Assembly: GCF_001194135.2 (NCBI RefSeq)
Contig: NC_068984.1
Span: 22,190,183 to 22,254,182 of the forward strand
Direction of reading: 5' to 3'
DNA length: 64,000 bases
DNA from: Octopus bimaculoides
Taxonomy: Eukaryota
The position numbers and the translations under genes were made by a program. Of this stretch, positions 1 to 12,259 are shown piece after piece (positions within the stretch are counted from its first letter, which is position 1; every line of letters begins with the position of its first letter). The notes under the pieces are model-generated. The model saw nothing but the letters and a program-made list of their open reading frames with translations. It had not been told where the DNA came from and ran no database searches.

Positions 1-1625
1 CTACTAGTATCATCCTACGTAATTCAAAAACTGTTATTTTAAACTTCGAGACGCTAATGACATTTTGATATATTCGAGAGTTTTATAGTTATATTTTCTT
101 TTCTGATATCTGAAGAATATCATTCTCCATGTATTTATTTGTTAGTTATTATGCTGTTTATATTTTTTATTCTACATTCTACTAGTGTGGACTATTTTAT
201 TCTGATGCATGTATTTCTGTTACTGTTGTATCGTTGAATATTTACACAGTCTGCAGTCCAAACCAGATTGTAGAATAGATTTATTTTGGTTGAGCAATAT
301 GACATACTCACAATTTTCCTGATAAGCTTGCGTATCCAGGAACCGTTTATGGAAGGGACAGTACATTGGCTCACATTGTATTTACATATTTTATTCGGTA
401 ATCCTGATGTCTATCAGTTGGGACATTGTATTGCTTATTTAAATATTGTGGAACGAGTTCATATCTTGCGTGTTTTTGAATTTAACGTTTCGTTCATAGC
501 TACCGTATACCCTTTCGCAATGCTGCTGTCTGGCGCGCGCGTGCGTGCGTGCGTGTGTCTGTGTGTGTGTGTACATATGAGTATATATGGATAACCAATA
601 AAGATTAGAATAGTAACTGGTTACTCATCGTAGTGAAATAAATCAGACACACCGTCAGATAGATTGCCACACACACCCACACACATAATACATACACATA
701 TGCATGCACACACGTAAATAGGCTGACTTCTAAATAAGCAAATCTTATGACAGACACAACATGTGTGTGTGTGTGTGTGTGCGCGTGTGTGTGTGTGTGC
801 GTGCGTGCGTGTTGCAAAGAGACTGTAAATCACATATTACAAAAAGTGAAAGCAAAATAGAATCTATAAGGAAATATCAAAGCGTACTAAAACTATAAAA
901 GACCACAGGAAATATATCAAATCTTAAAGTATAGGTGTAATATAATTATGTTAAACAAACCCTAACCTTACAATACTTTATTGTATTACATACAAGTCTA
1001 ATTTAATTTTGCGTCTATCTAAATCTCTCTGAGTAGACATTTTGTTTTTCTTCTTTTCCCTATGATACCATAAATTTTTAAATCAAATTGCTTGCCGTAC
1101 TTATTTTGAGAATGGATCTCTTCCAGGATACCTAACACTTCAATTGCTACTGCACATATTTTTGTTGTTTGTGCACTTATTTATCGTTTTATTATTTTTA
1201 TTTTCTTAGCTGTTAATGTTGTTGTTGTTGGAAGTAACTAATAGCTTTACTAGCAGCAGCGAAATGCCTAAAGGGACGGCTGAAACATTCATTTTTAAAA
1301 TTCTAAATACGTTCAGTGAATTATGCTTCTCTTCGATTATGTTTTTCATTATATTTTCTTTTCTTTCATTTGTCTATTGTGCTGCTGCTGTTGTTTTTAT
1401 TACTAATATTATGGTTGTCATTATTGATTTTGTTGTTGTTATCTTGCTGCTACGCTTTGAGATTATATTTTTTCTTTCAAATTTAATTTTATTCATCTGC
1501 AGACATATACTCATCGAAATATGCGCGTGCATAAACACTCATCTATCTTTCATTCCCCCTTTCTTCTACTTCTCAGCATTGAGTATGTGTATACATACTT
1601 ATACATGCATATATATATATATATA

Positions 1626-1679
<54 letters not shown>

Positions 1680-1680
1680 A

Positions 1681-1898
1681 TTTTTTACTTGTTTCAGTCA
1701 TTAGACTGCAGGGGCACCGCCTTGAATCTTTAGTCGATAGAATGGCCCCCAGTGGTTATTTTTTAAGCCTGGTACTTATTATATCGGTCCATTCTGCCGA
1801 ACCGTTAAATTACGGGGACGTAAACACACCAACACCGGTTGTCAAAAGGTGATGGAGGACAAACAAAGACACACACATATATACATGTGTGTGTGTAT

Positions 1899-1929
<31 letters not shown>

Positions 1930-1934
1930 CATAA

Positions 1935-1974
<40 letters not shown>

Positions 1975-2130
1975 GACGGGTTTTTTTCAGTTTCCGTCTA
2001 CCAAATCCACTCACAAAGCTTTGGTCAGCCCAAGGTTATAGTTAAAGACACTTGCCCAAGATGCCACACAGTGGGACTGAACCTGGAACCATGTGGTTGG
2101 GAAGCTAGCTTCTTACCACACAATCACTCC
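1681..2130 (-). mobile_element. SINE family A (tRNA-derived head, CORE-like centre, internal (TA)n/(GT)n), near full length
   Basis: Reverse complement matches the intact copy at 43844-44248: head GGAGTGATTGTGTGGTAAG...GGTTCAGTCCCACTGTGTGGCATCTTGGGCAAGTG and tail ...TGACTGAAACAAGTAAAA. Resembles the octopus OR-type CORE-SINE (recalled, not searched). Confidence 0.85.
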
Positions 2131-2500
2131 TAACCATACTCTATGAAGGTGCATGGTCGGGTGATCATAACAGCGCGGTTTCGAACCGTAGACCGGGCGG
2201 CAAGGCGTTAAAATTCTCATTGTTCCACTGAGCACAAACTTAGTAGCAGCTTAGAGCTGGTATATAAGTCATCTCCTCACCATATCCGCGACGTTCCATT
2301 GAATTAATGGTAACATTTTTGAGGAGTCTATATAGATACCAAAATTATTTAGCAAATGCATGGTAGATGCCACAAGGTCATGCCTGCTTCTAAAAGAAGC
2401 TATAATATTTTGTCTTATTTTCTACTGGTTATATAGTGCGTTTATTTTTCTTCATACGTGAACATTCTGTATAATTTAAAATGTAATATATACCTAACAT

Positions 2501-2716
2501 AAGGCGGTGAGCTGGCAGAGTCGTTAGCACACTCGGCGAAATGCTTAGCAGTATTTCGTCTGCCGTTACGTTCTGAGTTCAAATTCCACCGAGGTCGACT
2601 TTGCCTTGCATCCTTTCGCGGTCGATAAATTAAGTACGAATGAAATTCTGGGGTCGATGATATCGACTAGTCCCCTCCCCCAAAACTCAGGCTTTGTGCC
2701 TATAATAGAAAGGATT
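2501..2716 (+). mobile_element. SINE family B, first unit of a head-to-tail dimer
   Basis: Head AAGGCGGTGAGCTGGCAGAGTCGTTAGCAC, B-box-like GAGTTCAAATTCC, central GGTCGACTTTGCCTTGCATCCTTTCGCGGTCGATAAATTAAGTAC; homologous to 15973, 42813 and other copies. Confidence 0.85.
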
Positions 2717-2931
2717 AAGGAGGCGAACTAGCGAAATCATTAGCACGCTGGGCGAAATTCTTAGGGTATTTCGTCTGTCTTTACGTTCTGAGTTCAAATT
2801 CCGCTGAGGTCGTCTTTGCCTTTCATCTCTTCAGGGTCGATAAATTAAGTACCAGTTGCGTACTGGTGTCGATCTAATCGACTGGCATCCTCTCCAAAAG
2901 TTTTGGGCCTATTGCATAGAGTAGAAATGAA
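2717..2931 (+). mobile_element. SINE family B, second unit of the dimer
   Basis: Same motifs repeated immediately downstream. A 16-bp duplication AATATATACCTAACAT (2485-2500 and 2932-2947) flanks the pair. Confidence 0.85.
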
Positions 2932-3120
2932 AATATATACCTAACATGTCAAAAACAGAATCCTTATATTTATATTTGAGCCAAACGGTATCGGTACCAT
3001 TGATTAAAGTATAAAGAATGTTTGTGATCCGATCTCTTAGTCTTCTCTTCAGTCTCTCTGTGTTTCCGTGTGTGCTAGCGCGCATGTCTAAGTTTGTGTG
3101 TGTGTGTGTATGTGCGTAGT

Positions 3121-3393
3121 GAAGGTGCCTGGCTCAGTGGTTCGGGCATCGTGCTAACAATCGTGTCATGTGTTCTTGAGCATGACACTTTATTTCACGT
3201 TGCTCCAGTTCACCCAACTGTAGAAACGAGTTTCAATGCACTAGTGCCGAGCAGAATAGGCGTTTGCCTTTCTCTTGGACAACATCGGTGGCGTGGAGAG
3301 GAGCAATTGGTATGCATAGGCAACTGTCAGACTTGTGCCTCGGAGAGAAATTTGCGAGGTGCAATCCCATAGTCATTCGTGACCGAAATAGGT

Positions 3394-3398
<5 letters not shown>
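3121..3398 (+). mobile_element. SINE family C (tRNA-derived), B-box region deleted
   Basis: A-box TGGCTCAGTGG, then TGTGTTCTTGAGCATGACACTTTATTTCACGTTGCTCCAGTTCAC; ends in a (TA)n run. Confidence 0.65.
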
Positions 3399-3454
<56 letters not shown>

Positions 3455-6400
3455 TCCATATCCTCGCAACGCACGTAGATTTAGACAGACAGACAGACAG
3501 ACAGACAGATAGGGAAAAGGAAGAATGCTACACACTTCAGCGAAGAGATAAAACGTGCGTATGGGTGTATACATACATACATAAAAGCATACACACACAC
3601 ATATAAATATATGTACATATACATGTCTGTGCGTGAACAGTATACATTTTATAAATGTATTTGAATGCTTTTCTACATATGTGCGTAACTCTCGGGGCAA
3701 GCCAACAGATATCTTAGAAGTATTACCTCTAAACTACTAAATTACTTCAGTTATACCGGCATGGACATAAATTTTGGAAACAATTGATATATAATAAACA
3801 TGTTAGAAAATACAAATTTAAAAAATACCGTTATTAATCCCTGTGAATACAGTTGTTAAATAATGCGCTCGTTGAATATAATCACTTTTATTGGGGTATC
3901 ATTCGATATTCTATGACAGCTTATCTTTATGGTATCCATAAGTATGGCTATACTGGTTGTCAAATATAATTTAGGTTACGGACCAGCGAATACGCTTGTT
4001 TGTTCCTGCAATTGTATCTTCCGATGAATTCCAAGAATCAACAAAAACTTATCAAAGTGGTGACACCTCTCGAAAGTTTTATGAACTCACACTCTGTCTC
4101 CATATTTTAGTATCTATATGTATTTTTCTATAAACATATATCTGTATACGTGTGATAAAATGAGAAAGAGTGTGAGAGGATAAAAGTATGTCATAATGTT
4201 TAAATGTAATTAATATATAGTAGCAACGTAAATACTATCAAATATATATGATATAAGATACGATACATTCTGCTTTCTTTTATTTCTATTTTCACGGTTA
4301 ATCATTTCGTAAAATACTTTCTTCGAACACATGACATGCCAAGCATTTCCTATCAAAAAATGTGTAATTTTGTCTATGAATAAGATATAAAGAAATAAGA
4401 GATATTTTCTTTTGACATGCCACACATACAGCAGGTCCGATGATATCTAATAAATACAAGCTTACCTTTTCTACTGCAAACGGTATCATTAATCTTATTT
4501 TCTAGTAGATTAACCATCATTATATGCTGTGTGTTTTACACTGAGATTCGTTTGATAGTTCTTTAAAGGGAGAAATGATATATTGCGTATTTCTTTTCCA
4601 CTACCATTTATTCCAGGCAAATGTGAATTACACTAATTCATTTTACTCATTCTAAGACCTGCAGAAACACTTATAAAGTTTGCAGACAACCTTTGTAAAA
4701 TATTTACACACAACCGTTACTTCCACATATCTGTGTGTACATTTGTGAATATATACACCAGAATATTATAGCTTATACGAAGATTTGTAAAATAGACTAA
4801 GTGTTTAGGAAAGCCATTAAGTTGCAACAATGGAGGAAAAAGGCTTGGAATGTTAACAGAAATAAAACATACGCAAGACTAGAACAATGAGTGGAGTCCG
4901 AGCTGACTGCAACAGCGTTCATACGAATAACTAAGTAGTTATATATCTCACACTAACTTTGGCGGCGGGGGACTTGGCATGTGAAGGCTGGTAGTCTTAA
5001 AGTCAGTCATCAGGGCCCACTTCATACCGCATTAATAGTTGGGTTCGGTTTAGTAGCAAAGATATTTTCTTGAATCCTTAAATTTCCGATTTTTTGTTCT
5101 GTCACTTTTGTTGTATCGGTGACCTCTTTGGCGTGACTGTCTGGGAGTCTTTTTGGGGGTTGACATATATATATAAATGATGCTATCGAATTAATACCCA
5201 GCACGTTTATTTCAAGTTATCTGATGTATAATGCTGGATTGTAAACATATATGGAGACTTTTAATAATGCAGTTGGTATATGTGCAAACCTGTGTGAAAT
5301 CGAATCGCCAACGGACATTGTGTTTCATTCTGACACTCAGGGAATCTCCATCTAATTGTTATATGTGAAAACGAACTGCTTTACTATTTTGGTTTATGCA
5401 GACGGTGCTAGCTTGTCTACTATATATAGTTTGAATGCGGATTTGGGTTTATTAAACCCAAAATATCAAAAGTTAAAAAAATAAACAATGCTCCTCTGTT
5501 TTAGATTTGCTCCTGTTTATGGTCCGTTACTTGCATACGTGCATTGTAGTAACATTCTAAAACAGTCTTTTATAAATATATGTTTCCTGGTTCATTTTCA
5601 CTGTGTGACACCTTGGGCAGATGTCTTCTACTATAGCCTCGGGCACAAAATAAAAGTGTTTTGTGTTGCGAAAATCATAAATCATTGAGTTAATAAAATC
5701 ATGCTAAAATTTAGTTTCCTTTTTTGCGTGATTCAGTGTAATAAATTCCATTCAAATGAATAATTGGTCGCTCTATATTCAGTTGTGTGTCACTAAGATC
5801 ATTAAGGTTTAAATTAATTATAATATCGAAAATTATTTTTTGGCCGAACACATGCGCACGTGTGTTTGTATGTATGGTGAATCTCCAATTAGAAATTGTA
5901 GAAGTGAACAAAGTTACCTTTGGGTTTCTTCCACTCAGATTCAATTTATTGAGTTTGTTTACATATGTGCATTAATTGTGCGTGCGTGCGTGCGTGCGTG
6001 CGGGCGGGCGGGCGCGTATGCGCGTATGCATTATTAAATATATGTATTTAAACATTTCTTTATACATGTATGTATATGTACCAGACATCTGTAAACTCCA
6101 AAGTATTCCTTGCAATACATACATTAGATCAAATTTCAGCTCGGAATAAGTGAATTTGAATCTAAGGAAATAGATTCTATATTTCAGTGAAGCCATTAAT
6201 GTTTGTCTGTTTATTACAGCTAAACATTCGGCAGATATAACGGCCATTGCTTGATAACTTTAAATTAAAGTTGTCGTTCTTGTGATGGAGGTGGAATACA
6301 TTAGAATTATATTCATGTGTATTGATTCGTCGATATATAAACCCTGTGAATTGATTGACCGCTCTTGAAATGTCTCATAAATAATTCATTATCGAAAGGC

Positions 6401-6630
6401 TGATATCACTTTACAGTTAATTCATGTCAGAATAGAGAAGGAATATTGTTATATTATAGCATCTCTATAATTACGTGTCAAATCAGTTCGGTTAAGCTAC
6501 TCCAGTAGGTAAGACGTATATGTTATATCATTTTAATTACAGTTTAGCTAGTTTACCTATAAGTGTGTGTCGGAATAGATCGCGATGATGAAAACACATC
6601 GAAGGGCCTGTGAAGTATTGCCTATATGGC

Positions 6631-7030
6631 GATGTATATATGTTTGCCTTTAGATCGTAAAATTGCGAATTAGCCACCCACATTTATATTTTTCACTTTT
6701 ACTGTTTTTGAAATCAGTGTATGATCTCAATGGAAATCTTATAAGCTGACAAGGTGAGATGGGTTTAACCCTGGACGCGGTGAGAGCCACTGATGAGCGT
6801 TAAGATGCATTAATCATCAGAATGCGAAATCATCGATGATCTGGCTGTATCTGCGACCATATGGAGCTTGTCTTTCTTGTCAGCTCATTAAAATAGTGCT
6901 TTTGCTGGCTACTGAGTTGTTTTGACACTTATTTCTAGCAATACTGGTGCTGATTAGTGCTCTTGTTCACTTTAGAGACGTATATATTTTTGCCTTTAGG
7001 TTGTAAAATTGCGAATTAGCCACCCATATT
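6631..7030 (+). mobile_element. Retrozyme-like / Penelope-associated unit: 346-bp period, 54-bp terminal redundancy, one hammerhead
   Basis: 6631-6684 and 6977-7030 match at 49 of 54 positions (offset 346), including an exact GTAAAATTGCGAATTAGCCACCCA. No ORF; contains the hammerhead below. Confidence 0.6.
6772..6859 (+). ncRNA. Type I hammerhead ribozyme, intact core
   Basis: Stem I AGCCA (6785-89) with UGGCU (6842-46); core CUGAUGA (6790-96); stem II GCGUU/AAUGC closing G6797-C6825, plus inner GAUG/CAUC; GAAA (6826-29); palindromic stem III AUCAUCGAUGAU (6829-40); cleavage triplet AUC ending at 6841; distal stem I CGCGG/CUGCG beyond a 4x4 internal loop. Confidence 0.88.
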
Positions 7031-7189
7031 ATTTATAAATGTATATGACAGAGAAATGGACAGACAGACAGACAGACAGACGGATAGATAGATAGATAGA
7101 TGTTATCATTTAGTGGGATTTAAGGAGAATCCCACTGTGCAGAGTCTCCGTGACTCAGACCGGAGAAACGGTATGAATACTTGCAACAA

Positions 7190-7335
7190 AGAGGACTCCA
7201 CTAAGGACACCTAAAGACAAGATGTTGGTGTTGAAAAAGCAATGATCGGTTGATGTTCACAAAGTAGAGGCTTTCGGATTTGACCAAAGAACACAAGGAA
7301 CCGAGTAAAATGGCATAAAGCATCTGGACCAACGA
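7190..7335 (+). mobile_element. Possible decayed RTE-clade LINE 3' end
   Basis: Frameshifted translation gives G(H)LKTRC...DLTKE..RNRVKWHKA, resembling the GRPxKTW...LTKEMxxDRxxWR C-terminus of RTE ORF2. Confidence 0.35.
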
Positions 7336-9074
7336 AAGTACAGTTTTGCCAGTCTATAGTTCCGGATTTGTGTGTGTGTGTGTGTGTGTGTATGTGTGTG
7401 TGTTCACTCTTTTGTGTAACCTTGTTTGGTAATTTCTTATACTGAACCATGATTGAATAGCTTATTATATTGTATGTTAAAGGAAATTAAGCGAACTCGG
7501 CGTCGGCTGACTTCAACTTTGTTAGTGCACATCTATACGAAACACGCGATAGATTCCTATTAAATTGATGGAGTATATTCAGGTTGCCATAGATAAAATG
7601 TCTATGTCTAATATCAGATACGTTAGATAGCTGCAGCACTCCTGTGATATAAAGGCTACCAAATTTCTTTGTATCTTTGCAAGTGTTATATCGCTTGATT
7701 CTCACCGGCAGCATTATTGTTAATTGTGTTTGGCGAATAGAAATGAACACCGCTGTTATCTGTGAGTTAAATACCACGGTTCACAGTTTAAAATGTCTCA
7801 TTTGAACACACAAAAACACATATGAGACAATTTGTCAATGATGTAGAAGTACTTAGTATATATTGTAGAGTGTATTGTCTACAATTAATGTTTTTCTCAT
7901 GACACCTTCCTATATGCACTCCTACTAGAGTCAAGCAAAAAATAATAAATCTTAATATTTGAAATAGTCCTGTTATTGAAGCATCACGTCTATGTATTTC
8001 GGTTTGTGGTGTTAAAGCTTTAAAGGAAGCGGCCTTCGATAAATATGAATCGGATTTTTCAAATTATATTCATAAAACTAGATTTAATAAAATGAAATTT
8101 TGAAGTTTCTTTAATTTTATTGACTTTCTGTTATTTATTCAAGAAAATAGTTCCATAATGAGTGTGATACCTCTCATACAGTTTAATGCGATGCAAGCAG
8201 TGACGAAGACATTCTCATTCTGTTTGTCTGATTTGGTTTTATATTACTCAAAGCTGGGAACAATTTCTCACATGATTACGTTGAGTAGAATATAGTTAAA
8301 GATAGCTTCGTAAGAATTTTAAAAGCACTGACATTTTCGGGAATATGATTCCACACACTCAGATGTTCACAGTGTGGATGTTCATTCACGTTTACACTAT
8401 ATCAATATTCAATTTTTTCTCAATTTTGCTTCCATTTCTAGATATCGTCTGTTCAAGTATCCAACCACATATATTTTCAGATCTGCACATTGGTCAGCAT
8501 ATTTTATTAAAAAAATGTATTGATATTGCTTAATTATAGGCGTTAAAGCTTGTACGAGTCGTTTTACACATTATTCATGATTCTTACATTTATTTTTATT
8601 TTTTTCAGAAAGTTTCTCCATCTTTGGAAAATACGTGGAACCTTTACTCTCTATATCACGTTCAAATATGCCGAATTTACTCAGACGATTTGGTTAAAAT
8701 AAATGTAACGTCAATAGATTTCCCTAATCAGATGCAATAGAAATCCGTAAAAAGCGCTTACTGAGCAAAAGCAAAATCTTTTAATCGACCACAAACTCAT
8801 GGTCCATGGTTTTATTATTTAAAAATAATAGATTTTCACTTAATCATACGTGACCACGAATTAACAGTAAACAACTTTTCATTAGTAAACTACACCGGAC
8901 AAATTCAAAGCATGCGCAGAATTGACAAGTCATAAGAAAAGCGAAGCGTGTTTGTTGTTCCCGCTCCAATATATATTGTTTTAATACAAGTCTATGAAAA
9001 GATTTTGCCTCAGACAATTTAAGAGCAGTGTACCTTCTAACGATGTATATACATTTAGTATGATTATATATGTA

Positions 9075-9163
9075 CTCTTTTATTCTTTCCCTTGTTTCAG
9101 TCATTTGACTGTGGCCATGCTGGACCATCATCTTCAGTCGAATAAATCGACCCCAGGACTTAT
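9075..9163 (-). mobile_element. SINE family A, 3' tail fragment
   Basis: CTTGTTTCAGTCATTTGACTGTGGCCATGCTGGA...TCGACCCCAGGACTTAT is the reverse complement of the family A tail. Confidence 0.8.
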
Positions 9164-9375
9164 GTATATATTGATCGTTAGATAGAGAAAGAGAGAGTGT
9201 ACGTGTTGGGGAGGGGTTAGACAGATATGTTACTGTATGTATCTTGTCAGGGTGAGTTTTCCTATAAGAAACTCTCACACTGGGATCTTCTAAAACATAT
9301 AGTAAACGTTANNNNNNNNNNTTTTATAAATTGATTTTAATTGAGTTTTTTACCTGTAATTTTGGATTTTGTCCC

Positions 9376-9416
<41 letters not shown>

Positions 9417-11019
9417 CCATGGGCTTCCACAGAGAATTTTTATATTATATTCTTAAGATTGTGGTCATTTCAGGGTTACGGCAGGATAAAATTTCGCATG
9501 GTGCTGCGCAATGGTGTCGAACCACAAGCTATGGCAGACAGCCAACCGATTTTGTTTCTTTTTTTCACGGCAACATTATAACATAACATTTGTACTTTTG
9601 TAGTCGCTAATTTCACTTTACCCTTTCTATCTCATTATTCTACGATCAGCGTGCAGAACATTTTTGCATCTTGTTTATCTGAAAAACTCTTAACCGTGGA
9701 ATCTAACACTTAAGAATGTAATAAGTTTTTCGGTAATAACTCAGAATCATTCTTGCGGTTAAGTCTTTTTATCGTGTTTTTCCCCAAGATTCTAATAACT
9801 ATGTCATAAAATTATAAATGTTTGTAATCTATTAAGTTACATTACACTTATCTTTTTTATTTACATTTCAAAATTTTAATAGAGATAAGGAAAATATGAA
9901 CAGTTGATATATTAGAAGAGATAAAAATAAAGTATAAATTTTGAAAAGCATACGTGAAGTTTTGATTAAGTCTTAAGAGGTTTTACTATTAAATGCACAA
10001 CTGTTTGATGTTTTATTTTTTAGTTTTATCGTCACTAATGAGCTTGTAAAAATGAAATTTACTTTCCATCATCATACAAACAGCAGATGTTTTATATATG
10101 TGTGTATATATATGTATAATCATTAATTTTACATGAATATTTTTCAGTGAAAATTGATCGTCAATAATAGGTGACCTTCTCTCGTTCATCCTCTTTCTTA
10201 TGACAAGAATGATATGGGAGTATCTGTACTGCTTAGGGCAGAACAAATATAATAAAGAAAACTCTTTCAAAGAGCACAGTTTCTTCTGTTTATATACCAA
10301 TATATATATATATATATATAAGCAAAATAAGAAAATGTTAAAATAATTTTATCGTGAAGAACATTTTAGTTCCTGTTTCAGTATTTGCGACTTTTTCAAC
10401 TTAGAGTAAAGCATGAAAAAAATTAAAATTGTGGAAAACTTAAATGAAATATTTAAAAAAAATATTTCCATAGTTATCAAATGCAAGGGACATTTTCCTT
10501 TTGTCTGTTTCTGTCTGTCTGTTACTGTCTATCTCTCTTTTACTCATGTGAGGTCTTATTAGCAGGTAGTGGTAGTCCTAATATTTGATATGAGTTCTTG
10601 GTTTTGATTATTCAAGCAGCTGTAGTAGCTGAGAAAGGAGGCAGCGAAGAAGGAGGAAAATAAGAGAAAGAATAATAAAAATGCGTGAGTGGTATGACAG
10701 TAGTAGGGTGTTGGTGGAATCCTCTTAGATGGTCAAGTGACCTAAAAGTGACATGTTGTGGTTGTAATAGTAGTGATTAAAATTGTTCTGAATAAATTCA
10801 GGGGTAGTGATTGTTCTGAATATATCATTTTTTAATACTTGTGTGGGTATTATTCTAAGACCATTGTAATAATGTCATTCGTGGCGGACGCATTCGAAAG
10901 GGGTTTATATTTTGTGATAAAATATGACTACTAATGCTCTGACTTCAGGCTGCATCGTCCCTCAATTTACAGAGGGAAACATTCTGAAGCTGGATTGTTT
11001 GTTATATATATATATATTT

Positions 11020-11180
11020 GTATGTGTCTGTGTTTGTCCCTCACCATCGCTTAACAATCGATGTTGGTGTGTTTACGTCCCCGTTACTTAGCGGTTCAGC
11101 CAAATAGACCGATAGAATAAGTACTAAGGTTGAACTCCAGCATGGCCGCAGTTAAATGACTAAAACAAGTAAAAAAACAA
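11020..11180 (+). mobile_element. SINE family A, 3' half
   Basis: GTGTTTGTCCC...TTAGCGGTTCAGC...GACCGATAGAATAAGTAC...CTCCAGCATGGCCGCAGTTAAATGACTAAAACAAGTAAAA. Confidence 0.8.
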
Positions 11181-11754
11181 AAAAAATATATGTATATAGT
11201 TCTGTAAGGTTTATATTATGTGTAGAAATTGAGTACATATACTTAATATTCGCTATAAATCTCTTGTACTTATAAAGAGTTACTTGCCAAAATCTGAGGC
11301 ATCGTTCGAAACAATTTGACATTCAAATTTCCGGTGTTTACTGTTGATAATGAAATAAAATAGTGAATTCATAGTAAGAATTATTGAATATTCCAGTGGT
11401 ATATGAGAGAATATTGAAACGCACATAGGAGGCATATTTGCAAACAGTAGGCGTTTGAGATATGGAGAGCATTAATACAACGTATTGCAATTTATCCATC
11501 AGTACATGATTAAAATGTTAAAAAAAAAAGATCAACAGTTCTTCCACTGAGATCAAATACTGAATTACTGAATACTTCAGTACAATTATTTTTCTATTTA
11601 CCGATATTAAAAGGAAGTAAAAAAACAGATGAATTGATTTCACACACACATACGCACACACAAAGATACGCATATATGACTACGTGTACGAGTATATGGA
11701 CACGTGTTATGTTTCTGTATATGCGAGTATTTCTTTATGCATGTAAATTTGTGA

Positions 11755-11832
11755 AAAGTGCTGCGCTGTGGAGCCGAAGCGGAGCCTACATGATTGCGGG
11801 GAAGAGTTTTTAACCACACAGCCATGCTTGTA
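11755..11832 (-). mobile_element. SINE family A-related head fragment
   Basis: Reverse complement TACAAGCATGGCTGTGTGGTTAAAAACT...CCACAGCGCAGCACTTT; shares diagnostic bases with 12801-12930. Confidence 0.6.
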
Positions 11833-11844
11833 TCTGTACATCAG

Positions 11845-11995
11845 CAGGTGTGGCAAGAAGCTTGCTTCCCAATCATATGGTTCGAGTACAGTCCTACTGC
11901 GTGGCACCTTGGGCGAGTGTCTTCTAGTATAGCCTGGGGCCGACGAAGCCGTGTGAGTGGATTTGGTAGAAAGAAACTGAAAGAAGCCCGTCGCG

Positions 11996-12046
<51 letters not shown>

Positions 12047-12259
12047 ACGTGTCTTTGTGCCTGTGTTTGTCCCCCCCCCATCGCTTAACAACCGATGTTG
12101 GTGTGTATGCGTCCCTGGAAACTAGCGGTTCGGCAATAGAGACGGATAAAATAAGTACTAAGCTTACAAAGAATAAGTCTTGGGGTCGATTTCTTCGACT
12201 AAAGACGGTGCTCCAGCATGGCTGCACTCAAATGACTGAAACGTATAAACGAGTAAAAG
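11845..12259 (+). mobile_element. SINE family A, near full length
   Basis: Head, CORE-like GCACCTTGGGCGAGTGTCTTC, internal (TA)n and tail GGTGCTCCAGCATGGCTGCACTCAAATGACTGAAAC. Confidence 0.85.

Noticed and set aside
8609-8740. Strong splice acceptor TTTTTTTCAG followed by a short open frame
   Set aside because: No convincing donor and no recognisable peptide.
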